A stretch of 64,000 bases of DNA from Macrostomum lignano (taxonomy: Eukaryota): assembly GCA_002269645.1 (NCBI GenBank), contig NIVC01001924.1, forward strand, positions 124,001-188,000, given 5' to 3'. Under the pieces are notes generated by a model. That model searched no databases and was not told the origin of the DNA. It was given only the letters and a program-made list of their open reading frames with translations. How positions within the stretch are numbered: the first letter of the stretch is position 1; every line of letters starts with the position of its first letter. Positions 29,870 to 55,869 of this stretch are shown in pieces. Both the position numbers and the translations under genes were made by a program.

Positions 29870-30440
29870 ATAAGAGAGAATGAGATACGAGAGTATGAGA
29901 TTGGAGGGGATAAGATTGGATGGGATGAGATTGGAAGGGGATGGGATCGATGGGATGAGATTGGATGAGATGATATCGGATGGGATGAGATTGGATGGGG
30001 ATGAGATTGGATGGGATGAGATTGGAAGGAGATGAGATTGGCGGGGATGAGAACGGAGGGGTGAGATTGGAAGGAGATGAGATTGGATGGGATGAGATTG
30101 GATGGGATGAGATTGGATGGGATGAGATTGGATGGGGATGGGATTGAAAGGGGATGAATTTGGAGGCGATGAGATTGGAAAGGAGATGAGATTGGCGGGG
30201 ATGAGAACGGAGGGGTGAGATTGGAAGGAGATGAGATTGGATGGGATGAGATTGGATGGGATGAGATTGGATGGGGATGGGATTGAAAGGGGATGAATTT
30301 GGAGGCGATGAGATTGGAAAGGGGATAAGATTGGATGGGATGAGATTGGCGGGGATGAGAACGGAGGGGTGAGATTGAAAGGAGATCAGATTTGAAGGGG
30401 ATGAGATTGGAGGTGATGAGATTAGATGGAATGAGATGGG
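29870..30440. repeat. 15-bp G-rich minisatellite (GATGAGATTGGATGG) with higher-order repeats
   Basis: Directly visible. Confidence 0.93.
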
Positions 30441-30669
30441 GGTGGGCTGAGACGCGAGTGCCAGTTTCCATGCCGCAAGCCACCAGTTTGGCACGTATCC
30501 AATCAGCCATTTCCATCAGAGCGCACAGAAATCCACGCTCCGACAACCTGATTGGGCAGCAGTATTTCCAGTCGAATTCTTCACTTTGAAACGGCAGCTT
30601 GAAGAAGATTCCATAACTAATTTAACCCAATGCTCAAATGCAGCGGATTTACCTGCAGCGTCACTGAAA

Positions 30670-43961
<13,292 letters not shown>

Positions 43962-44079
43962 CACCCGCAGCACTGACTTTTAATACTTTAATAGTCAGAA
44001 ATTCAAATAATATTTTCAGCGCTTCTGCCCGTTGAAGATTCCCATTAGAAAATGAAAGTACTGCACATTCTATACCTGA

Positions 44080-44670
44080 ACTACTGACATCCCAAAAATC
44101 TGGACTGACACCTCCATCTCTACTGACATTTACCGGTCTCTACTGACACCCCAGTGTGTCTACTGACACCCCCACTATTTCTACTGACACCCCACTGTCT
44201 CTACTGACACCCCACTGTCTCTACTGACACCCCAGTGTGTCTACTGACACCCCACTATTTCTACTGACACCCCACTATCTCTACTGACACCCCACTATCT
44301 CTACTGACACCCACTATCTCTACTGACACCCATCTCTATACTGACATCCCACTGTCTACTGACATCCCACTGTCTACTGACATCCCACTGTCTCTAAACT
44401 GACATCCCAGTCTACTACATCCCACTGTCTCTATACAGACATCCCACTGTCTCTAAACTGACATCCCACTGTCTAAACTGACATCCCACTGTCTCTATAC
44501 TGACATCCTACTGTCTCTACTGACATCCCACTGTCTCTATACTGACATCCCACTGTCTCTATACTGACATCCCACTGTCTCTAAACTGACACCCCACTGT
44601 CTACTGACATCCTACTGTCTCTATACTGAAATCTCACTATTTATATACTGACACCCTACAGTCTCCACTG
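44080..44670. repeat. ~20-bp minisatellite (CTACTGACACCCCACTGTCT) downstream of the globin stop
   Basis: Directly visible. Confidence 0.93.
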
Positions 44671-46000
44671 ACACCTCTGGCCTATTGTTATCTTGCCGCC
44701 ATGAACAGCCTCTATATATCGTCATTGATAATTATAATAACGAGCATCACCTCGTACTGTAAAGTGTATCAAATAGTGAAAAAACAAATGTAAATCGCTG
44801 ATCATTTCGAAACTGGAAAATTTGTTGAAAATTTCTTTAATATCGAATTATGGTTAATACTGTTAATTAATACTACTCAGAGTAATTGAATCGCACGAGT
44901 ATGAATCATTCTTATTTCAATGCAATATTTTGCGTCCCTCTAGCAAAGATGAAATTTGCTTCTCTTTATTGTCGAAGCGTCGCAAAACAAAATAATTTTG
45001 TTTTAAAAATAAACTTCAGCCCGTGTAACCATTGACAGTTCACTGTTTCACTGTGAACGTACTTGCTTCAATCTAAAGCTTAAATGTAGAAGATAGGCCT
45101 AAAACTTCTACAAATAAGCAAATCAATAAAATATTTATGGCTGTCTCAATTTCATCGTTATATTTTTTCTCGTGCTTTCTTAGAAATAAAGTTCATATCA
45201 CTTTAACTTCAACCAACAGCCGGAGACAAAAAAATAATAAAATTAAAAGTTAAGAAGACATAACGCACAACGAAATTAAATTGACTATCTAACTGTAAGT
45301 GAATCTAAATGGAATATTTATGAAAATAATATTATTATATGATATATTATGCACAAAACAGTTCGGCTTAATCGGAAACTGCATCTCACAATATTATAAC
45401 TACAGTGATAAGCAGGCCAATCGTATCTGGCAAGTGAAATTATTGTCAACAATTTTAACAAAACTGGTTTTAATGAGTTAATAAAAAAAAGTCATTTAAC
45501 CACAAAATAGGTTAAATAAATCATATGGACTGTATTATTTGGCTAGAAAATATACAAAAAAAGCAAAAGTAATCGTTTATAAATGGTATTACAACCTTCG
45601 GCGAATTATAACAACCCTTTTCGTGTAAATTACATAGATTAGATGCAAATTCAATAGCTTGTGCAACTGACTAAAAAGCGCGAGTGCCACTACTTATATG
45701 AGTAGACAAAAATAAAAAAACGGAATAATCAACCTGGAAGTGGATAAGTTCAAACATTTTTTAAAAGTAAAAAATTATGCGCTCATGGAACTACTATTAG
45801 TAATAAGTTTCTTCATAGATTCTGCCGCATTGCACAACAGAAACAAATAGAATACGTTTGCCTGAGAAAATTCTGACAAGTCTGAAAAGTCTGACACCTC
45901 TACTGACAATTAGCGAAAACCTCTAACTACAGTCCGATAGGTTTTCTCTGACACTTGTCCTTAAAAATAGTTTCAGATAATTTCCAATGACAAATAATCT

Positions 46001-46921
46001 GGTTTTGTCTCGCATAGAGGCGCCTAACCGCAGTAACCCCGTGAAACTTGTCTCTGCCTGGCTGAAAGCTTGTAATGAGTGAGTAGGCTGGGTTGGAGGG
46101 TAATAGTGGATCGGGAAGGGCTGTGGGTAGCTGTATAGGAAGGCAGGCCTATACCTGTACCAAGGTGCTCTGACGGTATCCCTCAGGCGCCCTCTGAGCG
46201 TACAGCCAGCGACCCTATTAAAGCTGGAGTGTGCCAGACTTAGCTGCAGGGCTGTCCCGGAGGGGACACAGCGGGAAGGCGCGGGCGCCCATTCCGCTAA
46301 GGAGTGTGCCAGAACCAGGACTGAGTCTGAGCAGGACGAGACCGTTGGCACGGTCACTATAGAAATGGCGGGTTGGCGAAGCAAAGGGTGAAATAGTCCC
46401 GGCGATTAGCCCTCCTGCCGCTTCAAAGATAAGAGACTGTCTGGCAAGAGTACCCGGGGTTTAGTTGGGGGGGAGGCTCCTTCGGGTGGCCACGGCCGTG
46501 GGGGCGGTCAATTGACCGGTTTTTTGGCTTATCTAACCCAGGAGAAGGCACGGGCTTCCCTGAATGGTTCTCTCAACCCCCTCTGGCCCCGGGGAGGTTT
46601 ATGATTTGTACCCGGGGGTGGTGGGCGGTCGGCCTCAGCATGGTAGCCACGGCTCTCGGCCTTCGGGCCATCCCTAATAGGCTAAGGGGTCTATCTAACC
46701 TGGTTTTTGGGCACGGGCTTCCTGACTGGTTCGTCGAACCGCTGTCACTGTCCCCCGGGGAGGTTTGGTTTTTGTGATTCTGCCCAATGTACAGTCCTCT
46801 ACAGTCTAACTTGGCTTTTAGTGTACTTCAGTACACTCCCCATTAGGAAACTTATTTCACTAGTGGCGTAAGAGCCTATTCATTTGGCTGAGGCGCCGGA
46901 GTTACTTATTTAGTTAGTTAG
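46001..46921. mobile_element. 921-bp insertion flanked by a 19-bp direct repeat; probable non-LTR retroelement fragment
   Basis: TTCCAATGACAAATAATCT at 45982-46000 and 46922-46940; GC-rich interior against AT-rich flanks; short TTAG-like tandem tail at the right end. Confidence 0.7.
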
Positions 46922-47109
46922 TTCCAATGACAAATAATCTAAGACTATGATTGACCGAAAAATCTAATTTTAATTTAAAAATCGAATAAAAGCATTAATA
47001 TCTGGGCATGAGCCATCAGGATACTGCAAAATAAAGTTGCTTGCAAAACTACAAGTAAAAAATTATCAGCGACTTTAATCATCCCATTCAGTTAATTAAA
47101 CGGCGCCTT

Positions 47110-49052
47110 TTACTTCCAGATTTTATTAAACAGCTCCATAAAGCTGTCATAAATCATAAACGTGATGCCAACGTCAAGACAGACTCGGCTGAGCCTGGGC
47201 ACCGTGCCCTTGTAGAATCTGCAAAGAGATGATTGAAAACACATTTAAAAAAATATCATTTAAATTTTCACGATTTTTTCTTTGTATTTCTACTGCAAGT
47301 AGAGTACTTAAAAGTGCATCATTCTTGTTTATATACGCGCAATATTTTTTGCAATTTCTACTGTAAGTAGGGTAAGAATATTCGCAAAATTGTTTATCTT
47401 GGAAGACCTGTATATACCGGTAGAATCCGCAGAAAGAACTACACGTTAACTCTTGCAGTCTGAGTCCTTGATGATGCACACAAGAGCTCACACAGAGTGT
47501 ACAGCAGCTTAAAACAAACAAATTATTTCCAAGAAACCCAAGCTTCACTCACGCCTTGAGTCCCTCCTCCCGCCAGATCTTGACGAAGCAGTGCGCGGTG
47601 CTGCGGTACTTGTGCGCCTCCAGGCCCTGCATTCGAGTCTTCACCACATCGATCGGCGTGTTGCCGAACACGGAAGCCGCCCCGGCCACTGCGCCAAACA
47701 TGCCAGTCAGCAGCTTCGGGATCGGCCTCGTGTTGTCCGTGTCACCGCGGTAGGCCCTGTACCAGTCCTTCAGCGACTCCACCACCAGGAAGCGGATGGC
47801 CTGGTTCGAGCCCTGCTTCATCATCGTGGCCGTCAAGCCCTGGTAGCAGCCCCGAAGCCCCTGCTCGCGCACAATCTCCCGGACACCGTGGAAGAAGCCG
47901 CGGAACTTCGGGTTCGCCGAGTTCTGGTCGTTGATGAACTTCACCTTCACCGTCTCCATGGGCGTCACGGCGAAGATCGCCTCGCAGATGCCGGCGCCGA
48001 GGCCGCACAGAAACTTCCGACCGGTGCTCAGGTTGCCCTGCGCGTCCGAGTTGCGCTTCTTGAACTCCTCGAATGCGCCGAACCTTTGGCGGGGTTGTTA
48101 GATGGCGAGGCTTTTGGCTGGCTCAGCGCACGCATACTTACTCCTGCTGACTACCCTAACCATCTATGTAGAAAGCTAACAAGCTGGCGAGGCATTTCGC
48201 CAGCAAAAGTTACTCCTGCTGACTACCCGCATAACACCAGAGACGATCAGTTAAAACTCAAGTAAGTATCAATAAACTTCGAAGAATCGTGACTTGCAGA
48301 TCCTAACCTACAGAACCCTATTTGCAATTCCTAACTAACGAATATCTAATCTAAAAATCACAACCCACAAATCCCAACCTAAAAATCCCAATCTACAAAT
48401 CCCAAAGCTCAAATCCCAAAACGCCCCGCGCGTCCGAGGTGCGCTTCTTGAACTCCTCGAATGCGCCAAACTTTTGGCGGGGTTGTTAGATGGCGAGGTT
48501 TTTGGCAGCCTAAGCGCACGCATAGTTACTCTTGCTGACTACCCGATAAACATCAAAATCTATGATGCGAAACCCTCAACCAAATCGCAACTTACTAATT
48601 AACCTACAAATCCCAAATCCCAAATCCCATCAACAAGCCCCTCTCTCACCTCACAGCGGACTTGGGAATCGAGCCATACAGCAGCACACTCAGGCCTCGG
48701 TACAAGCCGAAGAAGCCCCGCTCCCTGACCGTCACCTTCACGCAGTCGATCGGCCCCTTGTACCGCTTCTGGGCGCCCACCTTCTCGTCCAACTGCAGCT
48801 GGGTCTTCACGTACTCTGTTGGGAATGTGATGCAGATCTCCATGCCTCCCGTGATGCCGCCTGAGGGACAGAGTTTGGCGTGGCTTTCTGGCTTGGCCTC
48901 TTAATATAAACATTTTCCATTTCATAAATCCATCTCTCACCTGCAATAATGCCTTTAAGGCTCTTGTTGCTGCTTCCAGAAGCAGCTGCTGCAGCTGCAG
49001 ACACTCTCTGGTTTGGTCTGCCAGCGCTGAACACCAGGCCACGGTCTGACAT
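47110..49052 (-). CDS. SLC25A1: Mitochondrial citrate/tricarboxylate carrier, copy A (320 aa, 4 exons)
   Basis: Exons 49052-48941, 48860-48650, 48083-47553 and 47218-47110; GT-AG with phases 1/2/2. Carrier motifs [19 protein letters not shown] and [10 protein letters not shown]; [14 protein letters not shown] and [16 protein letters not shown] are typical of SLC25A1. Confidence 0.95.
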
Positions 49053-52000
49053 GATGAGAGCTGCAGGAGATGCAAAATGGGATTTCCAAACTCACAATAA
49101 AAAATTGGATAAATTGATTAGGCTAAGGTTGTACAATTCTATAAGCTCAGTGCCATCATTTAGTAGAAGAAGCATTTTTAACTGCTCTTTTTATTAAAAT
49201 AAAAAAAGATTAAAATGCTGCGTTTTTAGATTTAGATTTAAAGTAAAGAAATAAAATTCTTTTGAAAAACAATTAATTATCTTGAAAGGTTTGCTAAAAC
49301 TCCTGTCAAAAAACTGTTTTTTTAAAGTATGATCATTATATAATACAAAATATTTTATTACTTTTGTACATTTGTCCCATGTTTTAGTAGATATAGAGGT
49401 AATCTAAAACTTTAAAGCCTAGATAGAAAATTAACAATGCTTATGCAGTAGGGCTCATATTTGTTCTAAGAAAATATTAACATTTTTGTAAGTCAAATTC
49501 CTGCCAAATAACAGTTATACAAATATTTTGTTTTAATATGATGATATTTGTTTTAACTAAATGTTGTTTAAACAAATGTAACCCAAGCCAATAGAGAGAG
49601 GTTTCAGTTAGTATAAATACAAGGTGAAATACTAAACATTTTCCTTAACTCCTTTGTTGGGTTCAATACTCAGTAACCTAGAAATTAAGATTTCTCTGGT
49701 CTTACTTTCTTAGTTATTTAAGCAGGATTACAAGTTTGGAAAGACCATATTGGATAAAAAGGGCGTTTTGCCAGTGCAGTTAAGTAGGGATTACCAAACA
49801 AGCATTTTGCTAAACAGAAAAGGTGGATTGCCCAGTAAGGAGGGAGGATTCCCTAAGAATAGATCTAGGCTATTACAAGCATAATATAGTATTAAATTGG
49901 GAAAGACAGTATTAAAGCTGGAAACCCCTTGGTTAGTGGAATGCCATGTTTAGACTAAGTAATTTAGAAATTAGTAGTAATTATTAGTATAGTAGTAAGC
50001 AATGTATTGCCACTTGGGAACTGAAGCTACCAGGGTAACTCGTACTGACAATAGCCCATATATGTACATATAGGTTTAATTATTGGGATTCTTAGGATTA
50101 GAAATAATAGATTTAGTAGTACAATCTAGTGATTAAAATGGTGAAATTTAGACAAGGAGTAAATAGGCCTGCTACAACTTGGTGGCATTAGTAACTAGGA
50201 ACAATTATACCTATAACACTTATTTAGTGTTGGATTTCCATCCTCCAATTATTTGTACTTTCTGTTTTGCAATTCAGCCTTGTACTTTTTAGTTAGCTAG
50301 CTCCCTTTGTCTTGAAGAAGCCACACACAATGATTGTAGCAATGGTATGCAAGTCTGGCTTGTCTTAAATATGATCAGCTCTGATCTTTCTCATTTTATT
50401 ATCCCCAAGCTCATCGACTTGGATTGCTTCACGACCTATAGCCATAGCTTTTCATTAGAGTTTATGGCTTGACATGGCTATTTGTATGTAGCAATAATAA
50501 TAAATAAAACTCTGCCTTTATACTTAAGGCTAGTATATAATATATTAGGTGCTATATAAAAATAGGTGCTATAATGTACACTATATATAATAATTGTATA
50601 TTACATTTTATGGTGATTTGCATTAATCAAATTATAACAAAATTACTAGGCCTAAGTTGAAACTGAAATTTATTACAAAGACTATTTCATGCTTGTGAAG
50701 TTCTTGCTTATTATTTAGAGTTAAACTGTCAAGGCACTAGTCAGTCAAAGTATCATTCATCATCAAAGACTTAGAAATATGATCAGTGCATATTACAGCA
50801 TATAAAATATTTTGTAGCTATAGAAAATAAGATAAATATGTCAAGATACTACTATAGCTACTATAGCCAAGTCCTAAATTAAAGGAGATAAGCTATTTAG
50901 GCTAATAAAATTTAAACTATTTTGGCAATAAACATTAAGTTAATGACAACAATAATCCTTGAAGTATTGTTTACTTGAGATAAAAATTACAGCTGCTGGC
51001 ACTGGCAGTGGCAGGCGTGGCACTGGCAGCTTAAATTAGGATTGCAAAATAAATTCAAAAGGAGGGAAATGATTCAAGTAAAAATTAGTAAACCATATAG
51101 GGTTTAACGATTTTTGGGATTGAATCAGCATTTAAACTTTTTGTAGCCTATGCCATGGCCTACGCTACATAACTATTTTAAAGATTACTAGATTAAATTT
51201 AACATTAGTACATTACCCCTTACTGAGAGAGATTGATTACTTTCGTAATCAATATATATTCAGTTCAGATGTTACAAACAAAAAATTAATTAATAATTTT
51301 TGGATAGTGGCCGTTTCTTGCTGACGGTAAGAGCTGGCCCATAATAAAGTCGAAACAATATGTTTGACTATTGTTTGACTATTTGATTAAAGTAGTAGTC
51401 AAGTAGTGTACACGTTTAAATATCGCTGATTGAAGCATTTGAATACTGATGTTGACTCTTGTCCAAACTTTAACAAAGCATTTTACGTCAAAGTTTTTTT
51501 GACGCGTATTTTAACAGTACACAGAGAACAGTTTTAAAATTTTAATATATAAAATAGATTAAGCTAAAAAACTTATATTTTTTTATTGCAAATTTTTCTC
51601 TTTCTTTTAAAATGTCCCATTTACACGATAGCGGACTAGTTTTCCAGATTTTTAATAACCGGTTTTTTAGTTTCAACTTTTTGTGAGTTAGTTTTGATTC
51701 AAATGAAAAAATATGATCGCCATAAAAATGTGTTTTATTTTTTTGACAACAATTTCTAATCTGGCAGCAGCATGGCGCAGGACAACAAAAATCGTGCTGC
51801 GCCACAATCGTTGACCACAATCAGCGACTGCAGAACTAAATAATAATGATACTGTTAATTAATCACGACTTTAGGTCTAGGTCTAGGACAAGAAAGAAGT
51901 AGAGGCTAGCAGTCTTCATTTATAATATATTTGTCTACTATCTAGTTTTGATATTAAATCTTTATATCTGTGTCGTTTATTGTTAGTTATTTTGTTGCAG

Positions 52001-53210
52001 ATCCCTCTACACTTGTGTTTTGCTATTTTAATTAGTTGTTTTGCACTGTAAACTGGTTGTCAGTCAAAAATATGGAAATAAATATAAGACGATGACTATA
52101 TCACTTTAATCATAAGGGTGGTCATTGCATTATGGTTAAAGCTAACCTTGTTAAAAGATGATTGCTAGTGCCTAGAGTCAAGAATATTAATATACTTGAG
52201 TTAGACTTCATATTTGGCCATAGTTTGGAAGGCAACATGTACTCCAGGGTTTCCTGGCATACCATAGTTTCGTTTGGATTGTGTCTTATTGTTCGCCCAA
52301 GTTTAATGCAGGAAAAAATGATGAGACCTTGTTTGTACACTAGGTTTGTGTGCGAATGTATGGTTTAGGTTTTTATTACCATCCATTACAGAATAATTTA
52401 GTAATATCTAATCTAATAAAATCAATAGTTTGTATTATTGTATGTATTAACTTTGATCTAAAACAATAATCATTTTAACCACTATGACACTAGATAAAAA
52501 CCTAAAGGTTTTCTTGTTTTGATAACATTTTTAGCATTTTTATAAACTAGAAACACTTAGCCTAAAAATATACCCTTTATAGTCTATGTCTTATGATAGT
52601 CATATTGACTGTTAAACATTTGATAGTCTGGAATGTGGCCTTGATTGCAAAAAAATTAGTATACTTTTGCCCCGAGACTCAAGTCAAGTGCCTACTTGGC
52701 ATTGGCATAAAGAATTTTCAAGCCCAATATTAGTATGCCTATTTAAATTAAAACATGATGAGCCTAGGCCTTATATTATATATTGTATCCTGTATAGTGC
52801 ATGCAATTTTAAATTTTATAGTATAGTATATTAGTATAATATACATTGTTTGCAAAAAAACTAATCAAGTTTAGCCTTAGGTTTAGTATATTTGCCATTT
52901 ATATAAATAAAAATATTTGTAATTTTTTATAAAATTCTTTAAGTAGAAAATATACCAAGGCATTTGTGGTAGCAACCAAAATGAAAACAGTGTTTAAAAC
53001 ATTTGACTACCAAATTTTATTGCCTGTGACAGTATGACAATAATTACCTACTATTGCTTGCCATTTTTCTTCCAACAATATGACTGCTAGCTTTTATTGC
53101 AGAAGAAAATTATGTAGTTACAGTTTAATTTGTTTTAAAAATCACCAATGAATTATGTAGCATTAAAGCCAGCATGCGAATTTTATTTTGCAGCACCTGC
53201 AGCTCTCGTC

Positions 53211-54773
53211 ATGTCAGACCGTGGCCTGGTGTTCAGCGCTGGCAGACCAAACCAGAGAGTGTCTGCAGCTGCAGCAGCTGCTTCTGGAAGCAGCAACAAG
53301 AGCCTTAAAGGCATTATTGCAGGTGAGAGATGGATTTATGAAATGGAAAATGTTTATATTAAGAGGCCAAGCCAGAAAGCCACGCCAAACTCTGTCCCTC
53401 AGGCGGCATCACGGGAGGCATGGAGATCTGCATCACATTCCCAACAGAGTACGTGAAGACCCAGCTGCAGTTGGACGAGAAGGTGGGCGCCCAGAAGCGG
53501 TACAAGGGGCCGATCGACTGCGTGAAGGTGACGGTCAGGGAGCGGGGCTTCTTCGGCTTGTACCGAGGCCTGAGTGTGCTGCTGTATGGCTCGATTCCCA
53601 AGTCCGCTGTGAGGTGAGAGAGGGGCTTGTTGATGGGATTTGGGATTTGGGATTTGTAGGTTAATTAGTAAGTTGCGATTTGGTTGAGGGTTTCGCATCA
53701 TAGATTTTGATGTTTATCGGGTAGTCAGCAAGAGTAACTATGCGTGCGCTTAGGCTGCCAAAACCTCGCCATCTAACAACCCCGCCAAAAGTTTGGCGCA
53801 TTCGAGGAGTTCAAGAAGCGCACCTCGGACGCGCGGGCGTTTTGGGATTTGAGCTTTGGGATTTGTAGATTGGGATTTTTAGGTTGGGATTTGTGGGTTG
53901 TGATTTTTAGATTAGATATTGGTTAGCTAGGAATTGCAAATAGGGTTCTGTAGGTTAGGATCTGCAAGTCACGATTCTTCGAAGTTTATTGATACTTACT
54001 TGAGTTTTAACTGATCGTCTCTGGTGTTATGCGGGTAGTCAGCAGGAGTAACTTTTGCTGGCGAAATGCCTCGCCATCTTGTTAGCTTTCTACATAGATG
54101 GTTAGGGTAGTCAGCAGGAGTAAGTATGCGTGCGCTGAGCCAGCCAAAAGCCTCGCCATCTAACAACCCCGTCAAAGGTTCGGCGCATTCGAGGAGTTCA
54201 AGAAGCGCAACTCGGACGCGCAGGGCAACCTGAGCACCGGTCGGAAGTTTCTGTGCGGCCTCGGCGCCGGCATCTGCGAGGCGATCTTCGCCGTGACGCC
54301 CATGGAGACGGTGAAGGTGAAGTTCATCAACGACCAGAACTCGGCGAACCCAAAGTTCCGCGGCTTCTTCCACGGTGTCCGGGAGATTGTGCGCGAGCAG
54401 GGGCTTCGGGGCTGCTACCAGGGCTTGACGGCCACGATGATGAAGCAGGGCTCGAACCAGGCCATCCGGTTCCTGGTGGTGGAGTCGCTGAAGGACTGGT
54501 ACAGGGGCTACCGCGGTGACACGGACAACACGAGGCCGATCCCGAAGCTGCTGACTGGCATGTTTGGCGCAGTGGCCGGGGCGGCTTCCGTGTTCGGCAA
54601 CACGCCGATCGATGTGGTGAAGACTCGAATGCAGGGCCTGGAGGCGCACAAGTACCGCAGCACCGCGCACTGCTTCGTCAAGATCTGGCGGGAGGAGGGG
54701 CCGCTTGCGTAAGCAATGTGCACTACTATTACTACTACTAGTACTACTAGTACTACTACTTCTACTACTACTA

Positions 54774-54820
<47 letters not shown>

Positions 54821-54963
54821 GTAGTCTTACGGCTTTAAAATGTTAACATTGCAGATTCTACAAGGGCACGGTGCCTCGTCTCAGCCGAGTCTGCCTGGAC
54901 GTTGCCATCACGTTTATGATTTATGACAGCTTTATGGAACTGTTTAACAAGCTTTGGAATTAG
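53211..54963 (+). CDS. SLC25A1: Mitochondrial citrate/tricarboxylate carrier, copy B (320 aa, 4 exons)
   Basis: Exons 53211-53322, 53403-53613, 54178-54708 and 54855-54963; same motifs; ends FNKLWN*. Confidence 0.95.
54721..54822. repeat. (CTA)n microsatellite in the last intron of copy B only
   Basis: Directly visible. Confidence 0.95.
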
Positions 54964-55117
54964 TTTATTAAATTTCCTACTCTGGGTCACTTGGACTATG
55001 GACTGACTGATTGCGCGCTTAGTTGCCAGAGCCAGGATTACAGTATTTCACTGCCGGCGTTCGTTTCCTGATTTTTGTGCTTCTCTGTGGTAGATTTGCT
55101 CACGTTTGACCTTTACG

Positions 55118-55170
<53 letters not shown>

Positions 55171-55869
55171 TAGTATCTGTCTGCCTGTCCGAATTAGTGT
55201 CTGTCTGTCCATTCTATCTTCTTATCTTTGCCAATGCTGTTGTTGCTGAAATAGCGTAATTTTTTACGAATCCGTTTGCAATTCGAGGTTAGATTGGGTG
55301 CCTGTAGACTCAGCGATTTAAATTCTCAGACTCAGTTGATTTATATTTTTGGTGCCAGTTGTGCAACCAGCTTGACTCCCATTTCAAACTTATCAGTGTT
55401 CAGCCACCCCTATTCCTTCCATCATTTTGAACTTAGTCGATAAATTTCTATATACTACTGACATTCATACAGTAGTAGGTGTGTGTCTTAGTAAATTGCT
55501 TATGATTAGTTTTCGTTATTAGTCTTATTAAGAGCTAGAATAGATTTGTTGCCATACTGCATGATACGATATTTTCCAATGCTACTACTGACTTACAAGT
55601 ACTGTATCAGCGATGTTTTAGTCATAATTGTCGTTTAGTAATATTTTTAATGCTAATAGTATCTCACAGTAAGCTGTGGCCATTATTATGCTAATGGAAG
55701 GTTTGTATAATATCTATAACAGTAGTAAAAATAGTTATAATACTAAATATTACTTGAGAGCGAAATGAAAATAAAATCTTTTTGATTTTTGCTGCTGCCA
55801 ATTAAGTTACTCATAAATATTCCATTCTGAAAAAAGTGGTTTTAATTTCTTTTTTAACTATTTTAGGGA

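Noticed and set aside
45923-46384. 153-aa ORF as a gene
   Set aside because: It straddles the TSD boundary of the insertion and shows no recognisable domain.
47591-48265. 224-aa ORFs antisense to SLC25A1 exon 3 (and mirror at 53996-54670)
   Set aside because: Shadow ORFs of high-GC3 coding sequence; their near-identity simply reflects the duplication.
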